A stretch of DNA of 64,000 bases from Adineta vaga (taxonomy: Eukaryota; Animalia; Rotifera): assembly GCA_021613535.1 (NCBI GenBank), contig CP075495.1:14694001-14758000 (forward strand), in the 5' to 3' direction. The notes beneath the pieces were generated by a model. The model did not search any database and was not told the DNA's origin. It saw nothing but the letters and a program-made list of their open reading frames with translations. Below, piece after piece: positions 48,202-61,685 of this stretch (positions within the stretch are counted from its first letter, which is position 1; every line of letters begins with the position of its first letter). A program made the position numbers and the translations under genes.

Positions 48202-50025
48202 ATGTTAAATCTTAGAAAAATAACACGATTTACCAGTCGACCACATTTTACAGTGGTATTCTTTATTATTATATTTATATTAGGTTTTATTAGTTTTCAT
48301 TCGTATCAAAAAAATCAAAATCCTGCAAGTTTTATTAGTCCATATTTTTCTGATGAAACTTTACCACCACCACCACCAGGTGCTAATTCAAAAATTGAAA
48401 CATCAAATACAAAAGGTATAAGAATAAATTTTAGTACTAAATATACACGCTTTTGATTGCATTAGAAATAGAAGAACAATCAACATCAAATAAACAAGCA
48501 TTTCATCGTTATGCAACCGATAAACATCTTCTTTCACTTCTTCGTAAACAAGCCAATTCACGTGGTCAAGTTATTATCACCATCATTGGTGGTGATAGTT
48601 ATTCATTATTTGGTTGGGATTGGTATGAAAGAATGTTTGAAGTATCTAATGATACAAATAATTGTCATTGTTTTGTTGTTGCCATGGATGAAATTGCCGT
48701 CATCTTAGCTCTACAACAAGGTATACCAGTGTATTATTCAACATTTTCATTCGAAAAACAAATGAAATGGATAAATACAATTGAAGCTCGACAACACTCA
48801 CTCTATCGAGTTGGTCATGCAAAATTTGATACTTCAGCTAGAATTGTAAAACTGGGATATTCGGTGGTACTCAGTGAATTGGATGTTTTCTGGTAAGATT
48901 ATCTATTGTAAAGAAATAATGCTATAGTATCTATACGAAGTTATCGAATTTTGAACTCTATTGAGAATCTTAATCATGTACTAATTTTATTTTTTGAAAT
49001 TAGGAAACAGAATCTTCTTGATTATTTGAAACCACCAATCGACACGTATGATCTTCAAATTAGTCACCATTATGGTGCTCATCCACGTGTGAATATTGGT
49101 TTATTCTATGTTCGATCATCGAATTTATCAATTGCATTTTTTTCTTATGCAGCAGAATTTTGGATACGTTTTGGTAAAGGTGGTTATCTATCTGATCAAC
49201 GTGCACTCGATGCTTTACTTAATAATTATGATCAATTAGAGAAAACGTATTTAAGAGCACTAAAACCAACATCATCAATAACACTGAATTGGACAACACA
49301 CGATTTTGGAAATCATTTTTCACATTTCATGACAGATGGTAGTGCGTTTGTATTGTTTGATCAAGCAGCAAAACTTGGAAGAAGATCTAAAAAATTTCAT
49401 GGAGAAATCAAACCAAAATTTTTTACTGTTATAGTTGCTGATGGGTAAAGAAATGGATTATTTTGATTTTATAAGTTTTTATTCTTTATTTTATAGAAAT
49501 ATGTCGATCAGTCGACGAAATCTTCTTGTTCGTGCTCTTCTTATTCTTCAACATACACAATTACAAAATCGAACTTTGATTTTACCAGCGTTTTCATCAA
49601 ATTTAACTATTATTCCAATTAGAAACCAAATGGATATTAAGAAATTTCTTATTTATTGGACGGAAGAACGTATTCGTTTACCAGAATTTCTTTATCTCGA
49701 TAAAACTCGCACAATTGCTTCGACAACTGTTGCTTATGCACCAAAGAAAACATATGAAGATATTGATGGAATATTGAATTTTGAATTAAACTCGATTCCT
49801 CTGGATTTATCCGTACCTTATCCACAATTTGAAGTACATGTTCGAGATTCTCTTCTTTGGTGTTCACCGCCGACCGTTGGTGGTCCTTGGTGTTTTCATC
49901 ATCCGAGAGATTATGGTGCAACAATGGAAATATTATTCTCTTGTCGAGGTGATCCTTATCCTCCATGTGCAAATAAAACTGAAAAGAATGAACAATTTCT
50001 CGAAAGGCCTTATGAAAAATCGTGA
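48202..50025 (+). CDS. Type II membrane nucleotide-diphospho-sugar transferase (GT77-like, XEG113-like C-terminus); 4 exons
   Basis: N-terminal TM and Pro-rich stem; VVAMD, LGYSVVLSELDVFW (DxD variant), NIGLFYVRS, DQRAL, NRTLILP. Confidence 0.75.
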
Positions 50026-51011
50026 TGAAAGATAATTGTTTTAATTTCCTTTGTGGAAATGCTCAAATAGACAAAGTACATTTATTAATTATTGTTTTTT
50101 TTATTATGTTTTAATAAATAAATTCCAATTATTAATCTGAAAAACAATTTTTCATATTGAAAAATAATGATCATTCGAAATGAAGTTTAAAAGCATGCAT
50201 AATGAAGCAAAGAATCAGAGAAATGTGTATTGATTAACAAATCATAAAGATGGTGAACCATCTAATCTAAGACAGAAGAGTTCTCGTAATAGAAAATGTA
50301 GAAGACCAAAAAAACAGATATTTTGTACGTGAATTGTTAATAGTTCCTCTTTCGCCTGGACCTGACATAGAATGACTTAAATCAAAATGAGTTAGTCGAT
50401 ATCATTCGCAATGCTGTAGGAAAAGATCAGTCATGTGTCTTAATTCATTCTGAACTGGTCGATCTGTTTAAGTTATCTCAACCAGCATCGAGTACGCTCG
50501 CTACTATACGATAAAATAATATCACAATTTTTGTCCTATTCAGAGCTACTTACTTGAAATTGCTAACAATGATATTGAATGAATGAAACCATTCGCCTAT
50601 CTTATTGTATTTATACAGAAAATCTTTCAGATCAACGATGTTTTCTGTGTCCAAACAATGTGAATATTATACGAGTATCTACATCTCTGCAGTAGTATTT
50701 TGTACGTACAAAAAAAGCGATTCGACTTGTACATTTGAAATTTCATATAAAAAACAAAGAAAGGATTAGTAGTAAGGGTAAGGGTAATGATCAACTTGCT
50801 TATCTTCATGACACTTGCGTCCTTACCTACGCACACATTCTCATCCATTTGAAAAGAATTACATTCTATTTCTGTAAAGTTGTTTTTTTAGATGATCTAG
50901 AGAGAAAATGTCAAGCGTATGATTGACGCTAATTGTTCAATTTTGAAAAAAATTTGTTTGTTAGAAGTGTAAACATTCAGTCTTGTCAACGAAATATATT
51001 TAATAGAATAT

Positions 51012-51974
51012 TCATAGTCTCCTATTAACAGTAACGGTGTTGTTATTGATTTGTGTCATACCAATTGGTTGAATTCGGTAATTCTTTTTGAACATACGAA
51101 TAAAAGCAATTCGAAAATTAGACGATGTTACACAGTAGATGAAAAATGCAGCCCATGTATTTAGATACAGAAGAAAATTCGATGCAATAAATGTTATAAA
51201 TGCTTCAATAGATTTTTGATCTTGACTTTTTCCTGTTATATTCGCTGTTAACTGTCTGTAAAGTGTAGTAATTGGTACAAGTTCAGCGGAGATAATATAG
51301 ATAATAATTTGAGTTATTACCATACGCAAATGCTGTCGTTGTTGCTGTCGTTTGATCATATCACTCTGTCTAATATTCATTTTCTGCATATTTAAATATG
51401 CAAGACAACTAAATACTATCATTGCTACGGGTGGTATTACTCCGGCGATTAACATTTGATAAATGGCGAATATCAACGAATATATTCCTGTCATTACACA
51501 TTGACCAGCAACAATAGTATTCATAATTGGAATATGGACAGCAATCAGAGGACAACAGACAACAACACCTATGGCACATTTAATTGCATTTGATCGTTGA
51601 CTAAACATTCGACAAGCACGTCTTTGAGAAGTCATTGTATATATATCAATTGAAGCGAGAATTGTGAACATTCTTCCAATGAAGATTAAAGTATGATTAA
51701 TATACATACGTAATTTACAATAAATAAGAGAAGTTGATGCTACTGATTTCCAAAGATTAAAAATATTTGTTGTAACACCAAATGTAACAGCCAACATATT
51801 TACAGTTGCAGCAAGTAAAAGATAAAATGCACATGAACTTGAACGTTGAGATCTTTGCAAGAAATATATAATACAAAATGTATTACCAAGAATGCCGAAA
51901 ACGACATAAAATGGAAGAATAATATATGTTAGTTGTTCTTGAAGCATATTTAATGTAGTTGTTAAACTTGACAT
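51012..51974 (-). CDS. Class A orphan GPCR, intronless
   Basis: FGILGN (TM1), YCKLRMY, ASIDIY (DRY-like), IPP (TM5), AFFIYCVTSSNFR (TM7/H8). Confidence 0.85.
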   Translation of the reverse strand: MSSLTTTLNMLQEQLTYIILPFYVVFGILGNTFCIIYFLQRSQRSSSCAFYLLLAATVNMLAVTFGVTTNIFNLWKSVASTSLIYCKLRMYINHTLIFIGRMFTILASIDIYTMTSQRRACRMFSQRSNAIKCAIGVVVCCPLIAVHIPIMNTIVAGQCVMTGIYSLIFAIYQMLIAGVIPPVAMIVFSCLAYLNMQKMNIRQSDMIKRQQQRQHLRMVITQIIIYIISAELVPITTLYRQLTANITGKSQDQKSIEAFITFIASNFLLYLNTWAAFFIYCVTSSNFRIAFIRMFKKNYRIQPIGMTQINNNTVTVNRRL

Positions 51975-53166
51975 TATTTTATTTTTCTACTTACGTATTA
52001 ATCAATCTAAAAGAAACAAAATAATATCAGAATTCGTCCGAAAGAATAGATTTTATGATAACATCATCATATAACATCTATGCGTACAGTTTATATCGTC
52101 TGGATTATTCTGTCACCTAAAGAATTGAGAAATGTCAGAAACTTTATTGAAACAGGTACTTAAAATAAATTATTATTTCTTCATCAAATCTACCATAGAG
52201 ATGCTGAGACAAACCTGCAGCAAATTTCCGGTTGCTAATTTTATGATGTAGCAAAATATTGTGAATATTAAGAACTTAATATAATTACAATGTTGATTAG
52301 GAATTGCAATTGACGTCGAATAAAAATGAAAAAGAAATCCGTAAGAATATTTTTTAATAGATAGTTTTCATTTTCTCGTGAACAATTAATTGTTTACGGA
52401 TCTTTTAAAAGTACATTATTTAATTAGAAGTCTTACATCCTGCTATTATTCTATTCATAGAGATTATATTTCAAAAGCCTTATAATACTACTTTTTTTCG
52501 TAAATGTGTTTCCAGTACTTGTCGAAAGTGCACATACAATTTAAGACAAATATAAAATTAAAATTATTTATCTAAATAAGATTTCTTTTATAAATATCTA
52601 TCAAGTACGTATGATCTCTTCTAATTTAAATGAATAGTATGTACTTACGCTCAACTTTATAACAGTTAAATTGAATGAGAAAGATCTGAAAGTTTTGAAT
52701 TTTCTCTTCCTCGTTGTCGAACACTCTCTCCATATGAGATTTGTTTATCATTAATGAACATTTTCCCGTCAAACTAAGCTAAATTTAATCTTCTCCTGTG
52801 AGTAAAATAACTCACAGTAGACAGATTTTTCAATGACACCTAGAAATATTCTTCTGAAGTAATGATTTATTATTAACATATAATTTAAAAGATGAATAGA
52901 TCTATAATAAAATACTTCTACTAATTTTATATATGAATGGATTTTCTACAATGCATACGGAATGATAAGAACAGAGCGACAACTATATATATTTATCTAT
53001 AGGTTTGCTAATGTCCCAATGATGGAACAAAAATAACTATATTATATTTTATATTCATAACAGAATTTGGTTACAGTGATTCATTTGAGATAATATTTGA
53101 GTTTTTTCAAACATTTTTTTGCTTCATAAATTTGAGATATACTCCGAAAATCTAATCCACTTATAC

Positions 53167-54933
53167 ATGTCATTTCTATTATCTTTTGAACATTTACCTG
53201 ATGAAATTCTCATACATATCTGTCAATATCTTCATGGAGCAGATATTTTATTTTCATTTTATAATTTAAATACACGTTTAAATACAACAATTACAGGTTT
53301 TTATCGTTACGTTAATTTAACTGCTGTTTCATATAAACAATTTGAATATGCTGTACGTGATGTTCTACCTTATACTGGTTCTCTTGTTCGATCATTTATA
53401 CTTAATGGTAATTGGGAAACAATCATTTCTAAAGAATTATCTTCTATTCTTTTCATTTCGCATATATCGAAATTATTTCCACGAATTGAAAAATTAGTTA
53501 TTAAATGGTTTCAAAGTGATAAACTTCTATCATTCATTGATACTCTTCAAAATCTTCCAGAACTTGTCGAACTTGATATACGATTTCTTAAAGGTGATAC
53601 AATCGATTCACTTTTAGAAAATATCTTCTCAGCTAATAATCATCGATTATCAATCATATCATTTGATTATGAATCTGTTGATTTAAATCTATCAGATAAA
53701 GAGAATTCAATTTCTTATACAAATATTGAACAATTGACTGTTAATCTTACATTAAGTAAATATATTTTATCTCTTTTTCATTTGATACCAAATGTTTCTC
53801 GATTATATTTGAGTATTGATGAATTATCCAATGATACTAAATGTAAATCTATTATTAGTCATTTACCATCTCTTATTCATTTAATTGATTTTCAATTACG
53901 TACAGTCAATCTGTTTTGGACATTTGAAGATATATCTCAACTATTAAAATCCATGCCATTATTACAAAAACTTACACTTGATCTTCGTACAGATGATAAA
54001 CGTCTTGTTTGTAAAGAAGATCTTTGTACAATTCTACCTAATTCACTAATTCAAATGAGTTATTTTATTCGTTTATATTTTTCAAAAACAGAACCAAAAA
54101 TTGAAATAGAAAATCTCTTTTCATCACCCTATTCTCCAGTTGTTTCAATGTTAGATTCACCTCGACATCGTTTTATAATCTATACAATTCCATGTAATTC
54201 ATACGCAGTTATTTTACCAGCAACAATCAGTAAACAAATGCTCGCAGGTTGGGATTATATGGATCAAACTAAAGATTTACATATTTGTGATATAACATCT
54301 ATCATGGAAATTCTACTCATCTTACAACATTTTCGTCGATTAAAAGTATTAACAATCGATGCAAAAGATAGATTACAAATATGTAAGTTAATTTCATTAA
54401 CTATTCTAATGAACTTTTTCGTTCATTCTTAAATAGTAACATCATCATCATCATCATCAATAAATTTGAAATTACCTTTTCTTAAACAAATTGAAGTATC
54501 TGGTATATTAGATTTTTCTCCTATACTTCAAGTTGCACCTAATGTTGATTATATAATTATTTATTTTGATTGTTTGAAACTTTTGTTTGAAAACGAATTA
54601 ACATTTCGTTTATTACAAACAAAAATAATTCGTATTAATATTATTGATTGGGTTGATCTTGATTCTGATCTATTAGAACAAATTGCACAATTAACTTCTC
54701 TTTGTCATATTGTTATCACTCTTAAAGATCCAAATTTAATTATTGATGATTTTGTTTTAAAAATTCTTTCATTTTGGAAAGATAAATCTCGTTTATCCAT
54801 TGATATTAAAGGCACATTGACAGTTGAAACACGAACAGATCTTCGACAATGGCTATTTAAACATTCTCATATCAAATCAGATGATTCTTTTTCAGTCGAA
54901 TGTAATAATAATTGGTTTGATCTATGGTTTTGA
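53167..54933 (+). CDS. F-box/LRR-like protein (2 exons)
   Basis: FEHLPDEILIHICQYL..DILFSFYNLNTRLN F-box followed by LxxLxL repeats; intron about 54383-54436. Confidence 0.85.
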
Positions 54934-55330
54934 TAAAAATAGAAACATATTTTGTAGTTTGATTTTTTTTCTCCTTCTATTTATATAACGAATTCGAGCA
55001 AAAAATATTATTATTCGCAAATAAACTCAATATCTGTGATATGTACGCATGTTACATAATTTAGATTAAGTTTTGTGTTATTCACTATTATTGAAATGAA
55101 CAAAATGAATTTTCAATTTGATGAGAAATAAAACGTTATACATTCGTATACTATATGACCTAGTCATTGACATTATTGATTAACAATACATCAATAATAA
55201 CTATTCTATGGCTTTTCATCGAATAATTCATACATTCATTCATTACAAAAAGAAAAGAATCTTTTCAATACACCATACAAATTTGTTTTTATTTCGACTT
55301 TGAACTACAATCGAATTGATTTCTCATTGG

Positions 55331-56793
55331 ATGGCAATGACAGTTCAATCTACTCGTCAGAAACACGTAATTGTCCGTCTAGTTCCACGAAAATCTTTGA
55401 GACGACGTTTCAAAACAGGCAAAACTCGCAGAAAGACAAAGAAATCATCTCATTTAGCTCGAACATTGATTACACCCAGTTTATTACAACAGAGTACTCG
55501 TGTTCATAACACTGCAATATCACTGAATAAGATCAACACAAATCAAAACAAAATAAAATACAATCGTTCACAAATCCGTACTTCTGATCAAAAACAGATA
55601 ACTCCCGAACAAAATTCAAATGATAATATTGATTCGATAAATCATTCAGAACAACAACATTCTACGAAACTTCACGATAGCAATGATGTCAAACCGATCG
55701 TTTCGAAACCAGCATATCCTCAGTCAGCTTCTCAAAAGAGTTCATCTGATCATACGTATCATCTCATTCCATCAATATCAACTGAAAAAGTTCAAAAACT
55801 TCCTATCATTTATTTCAATATTATTTTATCATTTAGAAGATGAAATTATTTCCTGATACAACAAAAATGACACTACCATCAATCGTAATTAATAAACCTT
55901 TATCTACGATAACAAGATTTACCAAAAAATCATCGGTATTTCCTGTTATTCAAGAACCACAACAGTCACCTGAAAAGTAGTGACTAAAACGATACTAATT
56001 CAAAATATTTTTTAAACTTCTTTACATCGATTTTCATAGGAAAAAGAAGAAAGGAAAACGTATTGCCCCGTGGATGATTGTATTGTGTAGTATTTTATCA
56101 TGTTTACTCGTTACAGGAATTATTCTAGCAATTGTCATACCATTGATTACAAAACAAAGTAAATATTCAATTATAGATTTTCAATAAAATCAAATTTCTA
56201 ATCATAATTTTAGATGAAACAATACAAATCTCAACTAGTAAATACAAATTTTCATTCATTTTCATAATTTTTCTTTTAAATTCATAAAAGATTCATCATC
56301 AACCACAATTCCTGCTTGTACTGCTGCTAGCCATACACCTTGTTCAACGATCATTCTTCAAGATATCAACAGTGGACTTAGTTCAACATCATGGACATAT
56401 ATTTCGTGTTGTTATATCGCTCCAACAATAAGTCAAAGTACAATTGAATTCATTATACAAGCTGATAGTGGAAATTGGCTCATCGATGATGTTAGTGCAA
56501 CACAAGGTCATGGAGAACTTATTTCTAACGGTGGTTTTGAATACGGTATAACAAATTGGACATTCATTGTATATCCAAATGCAACATCGACAACGAATGT
56601 TGATTCAGTTTCGAATAATCATCGAACAGGTTTTGCATATTTATATGGATCATCAACAAATGCACCTGATTATGTCAAACAAACATTTTCTTTCATTTCT
56701 GGACAAAATATTCTCATCGGTTTCTGGGAAAGTTATATGACTTCACTTGGTGGAGGATTTGGCACGATTGAACTGACTGTAACTCTTACTTGA
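55331..56793 (+). CDS. Type II membrane protein with C-terminal carbohydrate-binding-module-like (galactose-binding fold) domain; includes a 24-nt micro-exon
   Basis: Spliced frame gives KKKKGKR, a TM (WMIVLCSILSCLLVTGIILAIVIPLI), then WLIDDVS..ELISNGGFE. Start codon uncertain. Confidence 0.65.
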
Positions 56794-56899
56794 AATTCAA
56801 TTATTATTTTTCATAATTTGTTCTCAAAAGAAAAAGAATGAATTCAATAATTCTACTCATTTACAAAAAAGATATTTGACAAATATATGTATATGATTT

Positions 56900-57526
56900 T
56901 CATGTTAATTTTTCAACACGTTTTAAACTCGTTTCAATGTCATTGATGATTTTCTTTTGAATATTTTCAAATGATTCTTTCGTTGTATCAACTGATTCTA
57001 ATCCGATATGTTTATTTCGTTCAAATGCATCTGTTTTTGATTTAATATAAGCTTGCCAAACATGTTCTTCAAAATATCCTTGCGGATCAGGTGGATCATA
57101 ATCTCGTTTCGATCGTCGTTGTAAACATTCGTCATATGGTAAATCAAAATAATAACCAAGGTTAAAGAGATTCGATTGTTTTGCTGCCGATGATGATATA
57201 TTAAAGATAAGAAAACCTTCGACTAATAAAAGATCACATTTTGAACGAAGAGTTCGAAGATCAGCAATAAATCGATCAATATCAAGTGCTTCTAAACAAT
57301 CCCAATCATGATGATCAAATTTATCTAAATGAATATGATTTGGATCATTATTTGGACGAAAATAATCATCCATATGCAATGATTTGACACGAAGATGATA
57401 TTTTTCTGAGGAAAATAATTCTTCTAAACATTTACACATCGTTGTTTTCCCACCGTTCGTTATTCCACCAAGACCAACGACAAGAGCTCTTTCAACAGAT
57501 AATGATGATGAAGAAGACGAAGACAT
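56900..57526 (-). CDS. NMRK1: Nicotinamide riboside kinase
   Basis: GLGGITNGGKTT P-loop, HMDDYF, WDCLEALD, VEGFLIF, RRSKRDYDPPDPQGYFEEHVW. Confidence 0.9.
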   Translation of the reverse strand: MSSSSSSSLSVERALVVGLGGITNGGKTTMCKCLEELFSSEKYHLRVKSLHMDDYFRPNNDPNHIHLDKFDHHDWDCLEALDIDRFIADLRTLRSKCDLLLVEGFLIFNISSSAAKQSNLFNLGYYFDLPYDECLQRRSKRDYDPPDPQGYFEEHVWQAYIKSKTDAFERNKHIGLESVDTTKESFENIQKKIINDIETSLKRVEKLT

Positions 57527-57622
57527 AGAAAACAATACTACAATAAAAATCAAAGAGATAAGATTTATCATATAAAAATCTAGAGTGAGAAAAAAGAACT
57601 CGTGTCATAAAAAACATTCCGT

Positions 57623-58141
57623 ATGGATCGATCACATCATATTGAATTACGTCTTCTATTAACTTGTTTTTATATTTATTTAAATTGTCATACTATTCTA
57701 TATATTAAACAAGTTAGTTTTCATTTTTTCTTATTAACATCACCATTTAGTCAACCATTTGTATATATGCATATACGAGCAACTGTTGGAAGTTGTGTTT
57801 CATTAATATATCGATGTCTTCTTCTCTATGCATTATGGAAGAAAATGGCTGATTTATTATTAGTTTCGATTATTTTTCTTACAGCTCTTATATCTCTTCG
57901 AGTAATTTTCGATCTCTACGGTTATTTTTCAGGTTATATCAAACAATCATTGTATTATCCATTTCCATCATTAGAAACGAAAACAATGACTGAAGAAATC
58001 GTCGATTTAATTTTTACATTAATTAGAAATTGTATTGGATTAATATTAAGTATTTATATGTTTACAGATATAATTCGTAATCATCAACCAACAACTAATA
58101 TGGGAAAAGAAATTAATCATCGATCATCAATATCTGAATAG
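57623..58141 (+). CDS. Uncharacterised small multi-pass membrane protein
   Basis: 172-aa ATG-TAG ORF with about four hydrophobic segments. Confidence 0.55.
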   Translation: MDRSHHIELRLLLTCFYIYLNCHTILYIKQVSFHFFLLTSPFSQPFVYMHIRATVGSCVSLIYRCLLLYALWKKMADLLLVSIIFLTALISLRVIFDLYGYFSGYIKQSLYYPFPSLETKTMTEEIVDLIFTLIRNCIGLILSIYMFTDIIRNHQPTTNMGKEINHRSSISE

Positions 58142-58210
58142 AAACAAAGATTTTCGGTTGACATTTTTTCTGTATTAATAAATAGAAAAATGACTAAAGA
58201 TGAATTTTAT

Positions 58211-58545
58211 CTAATTTGAGTTTTTAAATCATTGGGATCATTTCTTTTGAAAATAGTTTTCGGTATTATACTGTCCATTCTATAAGGAGAAGCTGTTATA
58301 TCTTGTTGTTTTTGTCGATCAGATCGTTCATCTATAATACTTCTTTCATGAGGTACGGGTGTTGTTGGAATACCACGATAACGTTGTTCAATATAATATC
58401 CAACACCACCAAGAACTACGGAAAGTAAACAAATAAAATGTAGATTAAGAAGAAAACCCTAAGAATTATACATACCCACGGCAACAGGGAAAGTAATTAT
58501 TCTACTATAACGATAGATAATCGGAACAATTATATTCCAAACCAT
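58211..58545 (-). CDS. SMIM12: Small integral membrane protein 12 (UPF0767), 2 exons
   Basis: Spliced MVWNIIVPIIYRYSRIITFPVAVVLGGVGYYIEQ...ERSIIDERSDR...PKTIFKRN matches the SMIM12 pattern. Confidence 0.85.
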
Positions 58546-58856
58546 AATATATCTGAAAGTAAAGATAATCAACATTGATAGTTTCGTGAATTTGATTTAA
58601 TTTAATTTCAAACAGAATGACGTTTTTCTTTTGTATCGTAATGACATGTTGTTATTCGAAAGTACGTAAACGTAAAGAACAGAATGCGAAATAGTGACGA
58701 TAGTTGCTGATGTAATCTACTCTATTTATGACACATATTGTAATTGTTATTGATACAGTCAGAAAAGTTATACTGTTAGAACTCGAAGACAATCTTATAC
58801 AAATTTTTATCTAAAAATACAAACAAGATGTTAAATCTGACAATAAGAAAAGTCGA

Positions 58857-59843
58857 TCACTGTAATAAATGCATAGAATCCTTATTTCTATAGTTAAAAT
58901 TCACCGTAAATATCCAAGGAAATGGACAATAATTTGTATCAATATGAATTTGATGTATTTTTAATGTTCGTTCATTTTTCATTTCAATTCGATTTTCATT
59001 ACAATCGATAATTATTGTTAAAATATCATTTGAACGAATATCACGACCATCAAAATCATATGTCAATGATGTTTGACGATTATAGATAATTGATTGTCGA
59101 CCTAAATGCCAACCAAATGATGTTCTTTTGAATTGATCTGTATTTTGTATTGAAATTCCTTCTGACATAATTCCGACAAATGCCCATGATGATGGACATT
59201 GAAATTTATCAATTGAAAGACGAAGACGATGTACACCGGTCATATATGGATATTGACTAGCAAATGAAATACGTCCTGGAATCATGATTTCATTTGGAGG
59301 CGAAGTTAAAGGATTGTCGCCGATTATATCATCTAAGGTTTCATCGGATAATAATTCATATTGATCAATTACGGATGACTAGAGAAAACAGAAAAAGATA
59401 AAATAAATCAAATGATTTGTAAATACTTGTTTTTCTAAGGTTGATAATAATCGTGAGAATGGACCAGAATAATGTTCATTAACAAGTATAGTTGAAGGTG
59501 ATGGTTGAGTTATTGGTGTGGGTGGAGCGATCAATGGACGACGTGCTTCATCAGCTTGTTTTCGTATTTTATCAATAGCTTTTCGTTCCCATTCAGCAAT
59601 TTGATCTAAATGTACATGACGATTGTATCGTTCAGTTGGTGGTTCTTGTCCTAATTGATCATGACGATGTAGAATACAATGTTGATTACAAAATATTCGT
59701 TGACATTCTAGAATTGATTCTTATACACATAATGAATTGCCAGACATTTTGATATTCAAACCTTGACAAATAAACCAACCATCCTTATCATTATTCTCTT
59801 CACATTCGACACATTGTTCTGGTTTATTTGCAACAGAATACAT
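58857..59843 (-). CDS. RING-less TRIM-like protein: B-box-like Zn finger, coiled coil, SPRY/B30.2-like domain (3 exons)
   Basis: CVEC...FICQECQRIFCNQHCILHR; IAEWERKAIDKIRKQADEARR; GVHRLRLSI..WAFVGI..SFGW..DILTIIIDC. Start position approximate. Confidence 0.7.
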
Positions 59844-60015
59844 CTGATCTAAAATATAGAAATACCTTTGTTCTTTCCATTGAATTATTACGGAAAATTT
59901 CGATTTGAAAAATAAAGAATTATTAATCGAAATATTTAGTTGAATCCTCTAAAAATATCACAAAAACTTGTTTCTCGAATAAAGAAAAAAAAGAGAATTA
60001 TATCAATAGAATTGA

Positions 60016-61685
60016 TCAATCATCCCAAGAACCACGTACATAATTTGGATTGTATTTAATACCATTTCTTTCTAATAAAGCCTTAAATTCTTCCGGATTA
60101 TCTCGTTCTAATTCTTGTTGATAACGTAATTCACCTAAGAAGAAAAAAAATAAATAAACAAAAAATTTTTTCATCTATAACTCTTTTACCGGGTTCCCAA
60201 AGTGTCCCATTCATTCTTGCACGTTGTTTTAAATCCGAACCATTATGTCCTTGCTCTCTTGTATTCCAATTCCACCAAATACCACATTTTGAACATTCAA
60301 TTATATTACATAAACCTTTTTCTTTCAAAGTCCAATGTCGACATGTTGGACATTCACGTAATTGTCCTGATTTGATCATTTCTTTAAAGTCTAGATAAAA
60401 TAAATATATATATATATATATATATCATGACTCAGAAATTGTTTAAAGATTAATCTTTCATACCATCATCTAAATCACCTTCAAAACCTTTTTCTATCAC
60501 TTGTCTTTTATTACATATTTGACATATGACTGTTTGTTTTTTCGAAGGACCCATTTGAAGAAAACCACCTTTTTGACAATGAATACATGTAATAAAATTT
60601 TCATTACGAGATAATTTTTTTAACATAAATTTAGTAATAAATGTTAACAATTCCGAATAAGTTAAACGACCATCTTGAGCAATATTATCAGCATGACATA
60701 AAACAGAACAAGATTCAGCTGGACATGGAATCCATGGAAGTATATCTCCTCCATCAATACGAGTAGTTAAATATTGATGAAAACAATTAGTACACAAAAC
60801 ACGATGACCACAATTCTAGAAATTTCGAGAAAAGAATTGTTTAGATCTATTGAATAAGTACGAACTTCTTACTTTCATCGTTACCATGGGTACATCTTCA
60901 ACATAACATATTTGGCAAACAGGAAATCTTAATTGACCTTAAATCAATGAATTTAGAAGAATTATGTTAATGAAAATGAGATGTTAATATATTCGTTACC
61001 ATCGGATTGATCATTTTTATATTGAAGTGAATGAAAAAGTTCGGTAATATATTGATGTAAATTTTCTTCTTTCAATGTTTGTTTATTTCTTTGTTCATCT
61101 CTCATTAGTAAGATATATCGATGATAATATGGTAGCAATTCATCATCATCCATTCCTTTCTCTACTATAGTGGGAGCTTTACTTTCTACTTGCATAAAAT
61201 TATCGTCAAAGAGAAGATCATCATTATTATTTTCGTCATCGTCATCATTATCATCAGCTACATTATTAAGCAAATTCAAATTCAAGTTACCCAAAATTTG
61301 TCTCAATTGATTGCCTATATTATAAGGACTCTTTTTACATCCATCACAAACTAAAACAAAACAAGAAAAAGCAATTTTCTTGTGTTTTTCTATTCAATAA
61401 TGAAACGCACGTTGAATATTACTACCAATATTGATATAATGACATTCAGAACATTCAACAACGTTATTATCTGCAGGAGCATCATAGAGAGAGACGGCTA
61501 GTGCTGCATCGGCTTCGAAAGTATCACTGACAAAATATGGATTATTTGTTTCACACTATAGTGAATAGATAATTAAATAAAACTTAATGAATGAAATCTG
61601 TTTATACCGCATCACAGGATGGTCGTTTTATTGACTGAACGAGAGTACATGCAGGACATTCATATGTCTCCGATGTTGTACTCAT
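60016..61685 (-). CDS. RBR-type E3 ubiquitin ligase with N-terminal NZF/RanBP2 fingers (multi-exon)
   Basis: YECPACTL..CDAC and ECSECHY..CDGC fingers; RING1 CQIC..CGH..CTNC..CPAESC; IBR-like CIHC..CQIC; RING2-like ECPTC..KEKGLCNIIECSKC. Confidence 0.8.
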
